Assembly (NCBI GenBank): GCA_000999025.1
Contig: LCFM01000005.1
Span: 7,087-71,086 of the forward strand
Source of the DNA: Parcubacteria group bacterium GW2011_GWA2_43_13
Lineage (GTDB): Bacteria > Patescibacteriota > Patescibacteriia > UBA9629 > GWA2-43-13
Direction: 5' to 3'
Length of the DNA: 64,000 bases
Shown here: one piece after another, positions 54,064 through 61,730 of the stretch
Layout of the letters: each line of letters opens with the position of its first letter
How positions within the stretch are numbered: the first letter of the stretch is position 1
Position numbers and translations under genes: made by a program
Notes under the pieces: model-generated
Told to the model about the DNA's origin: nothing
What the model saw: only the letters and a program-made list of their open reading frames with translations
Database searches by the model: none

Positions 54064-55155
54064 ATGTCTTCTATTGATAGCGAGAAATTGAATCTATTTT
54101 TAGCGCGTGTTCCTCATACTCCATTTACTCAATCATACGAATGGGGGCAGTTTCAGCTTCATACAGGAAAAGAGGTTTTTACGTTAGGTATTCAGTTTCA
54201 GGACGAACTTATTGGAAGCGTGATGTTGCTCATGGATCGAATAGGGCGATGGTATAAAAGATTGTATTCTCCTTTAGGGCCTGTCATCGGCGTAGAAACA
54301 CTGGGGAGTGAGCATTTTGCAATCCTTTGGAAAAAGACCATTGAAGAAATGATTTTGGCGGCGCGGCACTTGCATGTTGCAAGTATACGTTTTGAGCCGC
54401 ATTTTCTTTCTTTAGAGCCAAGGGAGTTAGAGTTTCCTATTGAATTAAAACAACTGATTCGCATCCCTGGGATCCAACCGCAGGTAACCAGAATTCTTGA
54501 TCTTTTTCGGTCAGAAGAAGAATTACTTTCGTTGATGCATCCCAAAACGCGGTATAATATTCGCATTGCGGAAAAAAAGGGAGTAAGTATCAATTGTGAA
54601 ATTAAAATAGATAATCAGGAGTTTCATGATTTTTATACAGTGATCAGTGAAACGGCGCGCAGGCATGGTATTCGTATACATTCGCGAAAATATTATTCAG
54701 CATTGTGTCAGATGCTTTCGGTGCGAGACGTTCAAACAATGGGTGATCCCGCGCGATGTTTTACCCGTTTGATTACCGCGCGGTATCAGGGTACTGTGAT
54801 TGCAGCAAATTTGTTGGTGTTTTTTGGTGATACTGTTACCTATGTGCATGGCGGGTCATCCGATGAGTTTAAAAGTGTGATGTCGCCGTATTTGTTGCAA
54901 TGGGAGGCACTGCGTGAGGCAAAGCGGCTCGGGTATCGGTACTATGATTTATGGGGATGCATGCCTGAACCTGCGCATAGTGTAGATGAAACTATTTTAA
55001 AGCAGGTAGAAAAGTGGAAAGGGATTGATCGGTTTAAAAAAGGATTTGGTGGAGAGGTGTACTATTACCCGGGGGCGTTCGAGTTGATTTTGGATATAAA
55101 AAAATATACAGTGTATCGGTTGTTAAAAAGAGTAAAAGCATTGTTACGGGTATGA
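54064..55155 (+). CDS. FemAB/MurM-family aminoacyl-tRNA-dependent peptidoglycan bridge transferase (GNAT fold)
   Basis: Start at ATG 54064. FemAB-like blocks (PHTPFTQSYEWGQF, TRYNIRIAEKKG, TVTYVHGGSSDE). The ORF-track N-terminal extension is unlikely. Confidence 0.65.
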   Translation: MSSIDSEKLNLFLARVPHTPFTQSYEWGQFQLHTGKEVFTLGIQFQDELIGSVMLLMDRIGRWYKRLYSPLGPVIGVETLGSEHFAILWKKTIEEMILAARHLHVASIRFEPHFLSLEPRELEFPIELKQLIRIPGIQPQVTRILDLFRSEEELLSLMHPKTRYNIRIAEKKGVSINCEIKIDNQEFHDFYTVISETARRHGIRIHSRKYYSALCQMLSVRDVQTMGDPARCFTRLITARYQGTVIAANLLVFFGDTVTYVHGGSSDEFKSVMSPYLLQWEALREAKRLGYRYYDLWGCMPEPAHSVDETILKQVEKWKGIDRFKKGFGGEVYYYPGAFELILDIKKYTVYRLLKRVKALLRV

Positions 55156-55862
55156 AAACAGTGATAGCCGCGGCAGGAAAGGGGACAAGGATGCTCCATC
55201 TGTCGCAGGATAAACCAAAGCATCTTATTCCAATCAATGGCCGTCCGTGGATGGCGCATGTTTTTGATCATGTTGTTTCTGCTGGATTGAAGGATATTGT
55301 GCTTGTAGTTGGGTATCAGGCCCATGCGTGGGACGAATTTTTACAGCATGATACTCATGATGTCAAGGTAACCGTTGTGAATCAATGTATCGTTTGCGGT
55401 ACAGAGCGACATGGCACCGCGATTTCACTTGAGGCGGCGAAAGAGGTTGTTAGCGATGAACAGTTTATTTTTTTTTACGGCGATAATATATATGCGTCTG
55501 ATGATATAAAACAGTTTTGTGTTCAGGATGAGTATTCGTATATCGGCGGAATGCGTCATGACGAACCGCAGAGGTTTGGCGTGTTGTTTGAAGAGAATGG
55601 CGTGCTAAAAAAGATTGTTGAAAAACCGCAAGAATTTATCGGCGATATGATTAATGTTGGGTTATACAAATTTACGCCAAAGATATTCGAAGCAGTTCGA
55701 AAGATTGATGTTTCCTCTCGCGGAGAATACGAACTCACTGATGCGGTATCATTACTCGCGCAGGAGGGGAAAGTGAAAGTTATTCAAGTGTCTGATTATT
55801 GGATGGATTTTGGCCGACCCGAAGATGTGGAAAAGGGAAGTGTGTTGTTGTCTAAAGATTAA
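55152..55862 (+). CDS. sugar-phosphate nucleotidyltransferase (NTP_transferase family)
   Basis: MKTVIAAAGKGTRM signature. 236 aa. Confidence 0.75.
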   Translation: MKTVIAAAGKGTRMLHLSQDKPKHLIPINGRPWMAHVFDHVVSAGLKDIVLVVGYQAHAWDEFLQHDTHDVKVTVVNQCIVCGTERHGTAISLEAAKEVVSDEQFIFFYGDNIYASDDIKQFCVQDEYSYIGGMRHDEPQRFGVLFEENGVLKKIVEKPQEFIGDMINVGLYKFTPKIFEAVRKIDVSSRGEYELTDAVSLLAQEGKVKVIQVSDYWMDFGRPEDVEKGSVLLSKD

Positions 55863-55900
55863 ATTTGGTACTTGTTATTTGGGCTTTGTCATTTTTATGC

Positions 55901-55972
55901 GCCCTCGTCGTTCAATGGATAGGACGCGAGCTTCCGGAGCTTGTAATAGGGGTTCGAATCCTCTCGAGGGCA
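55901..55972 (+). tRNA. tRNA-Arg (anticodon CCG)
   Basis: GCCCTCG...CGAGGGC acceptor, anticodon loop TTCCGGA, T-loop GGTTCGAATCC. CCA not encoded. Confidence 0.75.
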
Positions 55973-56036
55973 TTCGGCGACAGTCCCATTGAACAAACAT
56001 GAAATACCAATGATTCCGCGGTTGTAATATATACAT

Positions 56037-56594
56037 ATGGCATCTTCTGCCGATATAAGTGATGAACAATTGGTTATTGCCGTACGAGAACGGGATAAGG
56101 AATTATACAGCGAGATCATTCAGCGTTACCAAACAAAACTGTCTCACTATTTGCGTAAATTTATTCGGGATCACGATGAACTTGAAGATGTCCTTCAAGA
56201 AGTTTTTATTAAAGCGTATCGTAATTTGTATGGATTTGACGTGCATAGAAAATTTTCTTCATGGATCTATCGCATTGCGCATAATGAGGCGCTCAATCAT
56301 ATCAAAAAATATAAAAAAGAATCTATTTCGTTAGATGAGCAGGAGTGGGAAGTGATTGACGAATCAATGGATATTCACGCTAAAGTGGAAGAGGATGAGC
56401 TTAAAAAAGATATTGCCAAGGCATTGGCGTTTTTGAAGGATACATATCGCCAACCTTTGATCCTTTATTTTTTTGAACAGAGAACGTATGAGGAGATCAG
56501 CGATATTTTGCATATACCGCGCAATACGGTTGGAACACTCATTTTGCGCGGCAAAAAGATGTTGAAAAAAATACTAGAACATAAGGGGATATGA
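56037..56594 (+). CDS. ECF-type RNA polymerase sigma factor (sigma-70 regions 2 and 4)
   Basis: VFIKAYRNLYGFD...FSSWIYRIAHNEALNHIKK (region 2) and a C-terminal HTH (TYEEISDILHIPRNTVGTLILRGKKML). Confidence 0.85.
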   Translation: MASSADISDEQLVIAVRERDKELYSEIIQRYQTKLSHYLRKFIRDHDELEDVLQEVFIKAYRNLYGFDVHRKFSSWIYRIAHNEALNHIKKYKKESISLDEQEWEVIDESMDIHAKVEEDELKKDIAKALAFLKDTYRQPLILYFFEQRTYEEISDILHIPRNTVGTLILRGKKMLKKILEHKGI

Positions 56595-57439
56595 ATAATC
56601 ATCATACAATAGAGGAAAAGGTCATGAAAGAAATAAAAAAAGGGAGCGTAAAATTGCGCTCGCGGTATCTTTTTCTTGTTGAAAAATGTGGCATGGGAAG
56701 CGCGCTGACGTTATCGGTATTATTGGCTATTTTATTTTGTTCTCTTGTGTTGTTATATCTTACATCGTCTGATAATCTCGGCTATTTAACATTTGGCAAC
56801 AGCGGGGTATCTGCATTTTTGGAGTCATTCCCATTTTTGTTAATGGCCATGCTTGTTTTATTGATGTTTATAGCTGGAATTTTGATAAAAAAGAGTGATA
56901 TTTCATATAAAAGACCATTTGGGTATTATGCGCTCGGGCTGGTTGGGATTGTTGTGGTTGCCGGCGTGCTGGTGTCAGCGACAAGTATTGATGAGCGAAT
57001 TGAAGATGAAGCATATGGCACGCATGTTCCGGGAATATTGTTTCGGCCCTTTTTGATGCAAGGGGTTGATGACCGGCAGAGAGGGGTTGTGGGAAGAGTC
57101 ATTGAAGTGGGGGATGGATATATTCGCATCCAAACGCCACAAACTGTTAAAGAAGTTGATGTGCGCACGCTTCAAACACGCATGTCAGAACCGCTTATAG
57201 AAGGGTTGTTTGTGATGGCCATTGGAGAGGGGAATGCGGATGCGTTTACAGCGAAAGACATTCGTACTATCGGGTCCATGGATATGCCAATGATTCGAAG
57301 GGGAGTGCATCGCCATTTTGGGTTTTTTATGGGATTCCCCATCAAACCGGAAGATGAGGTGTGTTTACGCGATTGTATTCAAGAACAAACAGATCGCCAA
57401 AAATGTCGAGAACTGTGTCTTAATAGCATACTGAAATAA
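56591..57439 (+). CDS. membrane protein downstream of ECF sigma (candidate anti-sigma factor)
   Basis: Translationally coupled (ATGA) to the sigma gene. Three TM helices. No known anti-sigma motif recognised. Confidence 0.4.
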   Translation: MNNHHTIEEKVMKEIKKGSVKLRSRYLFLVEKCGMGSALTLSVLLAILFCSLVLLYLTSSDNLGYLTFGNSGVSAFLESFPFLLMAMLVLLMFIAGILIKKSDISYKRPFGYYALGLVGIVVVAGVLVSATSIDERIEDEAYGTHVPGILFRPFLMQGVDDRQRGVVGRVIEVGDGYIRIQTPQTVKEVDVRTLQTRMSEPLIEGLFVMAIGEGNADAFTAKDIRTIGSMDMPMIRRGVHRHFGFFMGFPIKPEDEVCLRDCIQEQTDRQKCRELCLNSILK

Positions 57440-57565
57440 CGAATGAATTGTAATTGTAGTATAGAGTGAAGGATCCTGAACATTTTAACGCTACAAAAAG
57501 ACCTGTCTCTGAAAATGTTGCGTAGGACATCCTCTTTAGGGACAGGTCTTTGAACCTATGAATCT

Positions 57566-58000
57566 ATGCAGAAGAAGTATTTTTTCATTATTCCGTTATT
57601 GGGAATGTTAACATTAGGCGGAGTCAGTACAGTATTTGCTCGTGGTGGCTGGGGAATGATGGGTGTTGGTGATCCTGACACTGTGGCGCAACATTGGTCA
57701 GAGCAGATCGCTCAACACGCATCGGTGTTAGGTATTTCATCTGATGAGATGAAAACCTACTGGGCGCAAGGGAAAACCTTGTGGGATATTGCCAAAGAGA
57801 AAGGAATTGTTGATGCTGATTTGCAAACGCGTTTGAAAGCGCAAAAAGAAGAACAATTGAAAGAATCATTACAGACGCTTGTTGACAAAGGAGTGATTAC
57901 TCAAGCGCAGGCAGATGCGCGGCTACAGTTTATGAAAGAGAATACTGGGAAGTTTCCTGCCGGCAGAATAGGGCGGCATGGGATGAGAATGATGTGGTAA
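57566..58000 (+). CDS. small secreted helical protein
   Basis: Signal peptide MQKKYFFIIPLLGMLTLGGVSTVFA. 144 aa. Confidence 0.45.
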   Translation: MQKKYFFIIPLLGMLTLGGVSTVFARGGWGMMGVGDPDTVAQHWSEQIAQHASVLGISSDEMKTYWAQGKTLWDIAKEKGIVDADLQTRLKAQKEEQLKESLQTLVDKGVITQAQADARLQFMKENTGKFPAGRIGRHGMRMMW

Positions 58001-58020
58001 TGAATAAAGTTGTAAAGATA

Positions 58021-58050
58021 AAAAGCAGGTGGTTTTCCCCTGCTTTTTAT
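58021..58050. terminator. bidirectional rho-independent terminator
   Basis: AAAAAGCAGG-TGGTTTTCC-CCTGCTTTTTATT. Confidence 0.6.
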
Positions 58051-58090
58051 TATGAGAAAAAAACGAACTCTCACGGTTGCGCGAGAGAGG

Positions 58091-58738
58091 TTAGTTGCCG
58101 TTGATGAGTTTCCATCCCCAGCGTATCGGATAGATGAGCAGATATATCTTGACAATAGAGCCAAGGCACACCGCTCCGATGGCGCATGGCTTTGGGTACA
58201 GCACGCATCGGGCTATGCCGATTTTTTTGGTGAGAGGAAGAAATCCGTACACCGCCAAGATGGTGTGATATTTTATTTCATAACACAACCATCTCAAACC
58301 TTGGTGGTTGGATACCCCTCTATGCTTTAAGAGGCGCACAAGCTCTTTGCCTATCTTAAAGCGTTCGAGGAAAGCCCTTCCTCCAGCATGATTGAGGAGA
58401 GTTACGAGTGAAAAAACCATGCCCACTGCATAAATGATCTGCACAAGAGATATCATAAGAAAGGCAGGCAGAGCTTTGGTTAAGAAGCCCGCGGCCGTGG
58501 CAATAACCTCTATCGGAGGAATTCCTATGATAAAGCAGGTGAGAAAGACGAACATTGCAATCACAACCCTTGTGTCTTCGCGCAACATGTCAGGCCTCTT
58601 TCTGCGCGTTGGAGAAAGGGAAAGGCATTGTTTGTGTACAGTGTTTTGGAAAGTGTGCCAATGATGACATTGCAAAAATAGGGCGCTCATATATGATATA
58701 TATATAGAGATTATTAAGGTGTTTTTAATAAGCCGCAC
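58091..58738 (-). CDS. DedA/TVP38-like integral membrane protein
   Basis: Multi-TM with an internal re-entrant-like GxxxV/P motif region. Family assignment tentative. Start uncertain. Confidence 0.4.
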   Translation of the reverse strand: MRLIKNTLIISIYISYMSALFLQCHHWHTFQNTVHKQCLSLSPTRRKRPDMLREDTRVVIAMFVFLTCFIIGIPPIEVIATAAGFLTKALPAFLMISLVQIIYAVGMVFSLVTLLNHAGGRAFLERFKIGKELVRLLKHRGVSNHQGLRWLCYEIKYHTILAVYGFLPLTKKIGIARCVLYPKPCAIGAVCLGSIVKIYLLIYPIRWGWKLINGN

Positions 58739-59133
58739 AGTGGCTTATTAAATGTATGTCAACGCTATGGAAATAGAATCTTTTTCTCATCATGAAAGCG
58801 AACAGAGCTTATGGGAAACATTTGAGGGGTTTTGCGAACATATCCGCGCGTTGGTGAAACAATAACAGGAACAACATAATATTTCTGAAGATCTCATGCG
58901 CGTGAATGCTGATAAACTCACAGATGCGGATTGGAAGATTTTTTCGGCAATTAAAAATGGAACGCTTACAATTGAGCAGTTTGATGAATATGAGGAGTCC
59001 CTTGTCAGTAATCATGGGAATGGAGATGCCGGATTGGCGCTTTTATTCGAAATATGGCAAATCCTCTTATAGCACGTTTATACGAACAGAGGGCTCAAGA
59101 ATTCGGGCTTGATTTTTAATTGAAAAATACTCT

Positions 59134-59940
59134 ATGACACCGGAATCACATATACATAACCCAGAACAAGAGCAGGAACCACTATCAGCTGAAAATGTGG
59201 TGAGTCGGATGGAGCAAAGATTGGAGGTCCTTCACACATGGGTTGATAAGAATTCTGCTCAAAGCGTTGATTTTTCAGGATTTGATTTTAGAGGGCGAAC
59301 ATTACAAAAGATATATTTTCCCGGAGCGCGATTGTGCGATGCGAATTTTTCAGGCATGTCTTTACATTCTCCGGAATTTCAAGACGCTGATTTGAAAAGG
59401 GCATTATTCGTTGGAGCAATAATTGAAGGGCATGATTGGTCTCGATCAGATCTTCGTGGTGCCAATTTTACTCATGCAATATTCCTTCATATTCCTAAAA
59501 TGGAAAATGCGTTGTTTGATGATGATACAACATTTCCAGAAGGGTTTGATGATTCGTTACTTTTGAGAGTGAAAGATGGTTGTCTTTTTTCATATGATCC
59601 AAAGAACAGAGTTTGGCAAAAAAACATATTTGAAAACAGAAAATTATCCTGTATGGATTTTGCGGGGTTAGATTTACAAGGGGCGGTTTTTCGTAAGAGC
59701 AACTTTGGGGAGAGTGTTGTCAGTGACGCTGATTTTAGAAAAGTGCACAGCATTCAAGGTGCAAAGTTTTTCGAAACGCGCATGTTTGGTGCTCATTTTG
59801 AAGGAGTTGATGTTTCTGGGTGTGATTTTTCTTCTTCAAAATATTTAGAAGGTGCCCACTTTGATGGAGCGCGGTATGATGATTCTACGCTATTCCCTCA
59901 AGGATTTGTGCCGGAAGAGCATGGGATGGTACGCAAGTGA
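59134..59940 (+). CDS. pentapeptide-repeat protein
   Basis: Tandem A(D/N)LXX-type pentapeptide repeats throughout (ANFSGMSLHSPEFQDADLKRALF...). Confidence 0.8.
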   Translation: MTPESHIHNPEQEQEPLSAENVVSRMEQRLEVLHTWVDKNSAQSVDFSGFDFRGRTLQKIYFPGARLCDANFSGMSLHSPEFQDADLKRALFVGAIIEGHDWSRSDLRGANFTHAIFLHIPKMENALFDDDTTFPEGFDDSLLLRVKDGCLFSYDPKNRVWQKNIFENRKLSCMDFAGLDLQGAVFRKSNFGESVVSDADFRKVHSIQGAKFFETRMFGAHFEGVDVSGCDFSSSKYLEGAHFDGARYDDSTLFPQGFVPEEHGMVRK

Positions 59941-59943
59941 AGA

Positions 59944-61353
59944 ATGTATAAACCAATACATCGAAGAACACGTGTCCATACGTTCATCGGTTCGTGGGTT
60001 TATAGGTTTATTAGTCATCAGCGTATGTTTTATAGTATTCGAAAAATTATTCCTCACGCGTGTATTAGGTGGTATCACCTGTTTTTGGCAGTGTGCGCGA
60101 ATGTGTGGTATCGGTTCCCATCGCAGGAGTTGGTTGTGATCGGCGTAACCGGCACAAACGGGAAAACAACCACATGCCATATGATTGCAGATATGATTGA
60201 ACACGCAGGCGTGAAAGTTGGATTGACAAGTACGATTGAGTTTAGGATTGCGGATACACGATGGGTGAATGATACCAAGCAGGGGATGCAGGGACGATTC
60301 CGTTTGCAAAAATTATTGCGTCGCATGGTGAAAGCGGGGTGTCGCGTCGCTGTGATAGAAACAACATCAGAAGGGATTTCCCAGTATCGGCATTGGGGGA
60401 TTGAGTACAGTATTGGAGTATTGACAAATTTAACCCCTGAACATATTGAATCGCATGGATCTTTTGAGCAATATAAAAAAGCAAAAGGGATGCTTTTTTT
60501 TACTCTGAAACGAAAAAAGAAAAAACAATTTGAAGATGTTATTCCGACATCCATTATCAATACCGACAGTCCTCATGCTGATTACTTTTTAAGTATTCCT
60601 GTTGAGCGCAGGTGGTGTTACGGTTTGAAAGGAGGGCACTGTTTTGCGACTGAAGATCAGTGCGAGAAAAAATGTACAGCCGAGATTACAGAAATGCATT
60701 TTCATGGGATTGAATGCGTGCTGAACGGAATGCCTGTGAACCTTGCTCTTTCTGGTCGTATGAATGTGTATAACGCGCTTGCCGCATGGTGCGTAGGCGA
60801 AGCGCTTGATATTTCAGTTGAAGATAGAAAAAAAGCATTAGAAAAAATGACGCGGGTTGCGGGAAGAATGGAAAAGATAGAGCATAATGGCATAACAGTG
60901 GTTGTTGATTATGCCCACGACCCGGCGGCATTAGAACAGGTGTATGAAACATTGTCCGCAATCAAAGTGCCAAGCGCGCGGCTGATTGGGGTTTTTGGAG
61001 CGACAGGCGGGGGACGGGATCATTCAAAACGACCGGTTATGGGAAAGCTTGCCGCGGCGTATTGTGACGCAATTGTAATTTGTAACGATGATCCGTATGA
61101 TGAGGATCCGCAGTCCATTATGAGTGCCATTGAAAGTGGAGTGAAAGAAAAAGGGCGGCATGTGAAAGATGAAACATACTGGATAATAGAAGACAGAAGG
61201 AAAGCGATCAAAAAAGCAATTGAATTCGCCCGATCCGGCGATATTATCGCTTTGACTGGCAAGGGGGCTGAAGAGTGTATTGTTTTAGCCGACGGTAAGC
61301 AGAAATGGAATGACAAGAACGTGGTAGAGGAGTTATTTTTGTTGTGTGGATAA
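59944..61353 (+). CDS. Mur ligase family protein (MurE-like) with a short N-terminal domain
   Basis: GVTGTNGKTTT P-loop, Mur-ligase central and C-terminal (DYAHDPAAL) motifs. Only about 60 aa precede the P-loop. Confidence 0.75.
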   Translation: MYKPIHRRTRVHTFIGSWVYRFISHQRMFYSIRKIIPHACIRWYHLFLAVCANVWYRFPSQELVVIGVTGTNGKTTTCHMIADMIEHAGVKVGLTSTIEFRIADTRWVNDTKQGMQGRFRLQKLLRRMVKAGCRVAVIETTSEGISQYRHWGIEYSIGVLTNLTPEHIESHGSFEQYKKAKGMLFFTLKRKKKKQFEDVIPTSIINTDSPHADYFLSIPVERRWCYGLKGGHCFATEDQCEKKCTAEITEMHFHGIECVLNGMPVNLALSGRMNVYNALAAWCVGEALDISVEDRKKALEKMTRVAGRMEKIEHNGITVVVDYAHDPAALEQVYETLSAIKVPSARLIGVFGATGGGRDHSKRPVMGKLAAAYCDAIVICNDDPYDEDPQSIMSAIESGVKEKGRHVKDETYWIIEDRRKAIKKAIEFARSGDIIALTGKGAEECIVLADGKQKWNDKNVVEELFLLCG

Positions 61354-61730
61354 ATCGCTTGACTGGTTTTTTGAACCATATTTATTTGTCCACAGAATGG
61401 GGTGTTTATGTTGAATTTTGCTCTATAAAGCCATTTTATTGCTATTGACAAATAGACAACGGTTGTTTCTTGACAGGCGTCTGTGATGATGGTAGGATAA
61501 AAGGTGAGTTTAAATGGTTTCTATGTATACGGAGAGAGATGTTGTGACCCTTCTCCGTCATTTTTTTCCGAGCAACATTGATTCTTCTCTGGCCGCATGC
61601 CTGCGCCGGAGTGGAATACCGTGGTACCATGCCCTTCAACAAAGCAGGAAAGAAAGACAATTAAAATGATAACTCTTTTGCGTTGAAAGGGTATTTTTGT
61701 GTTTTTTGACTTTTGTTTAATGTATATTCT

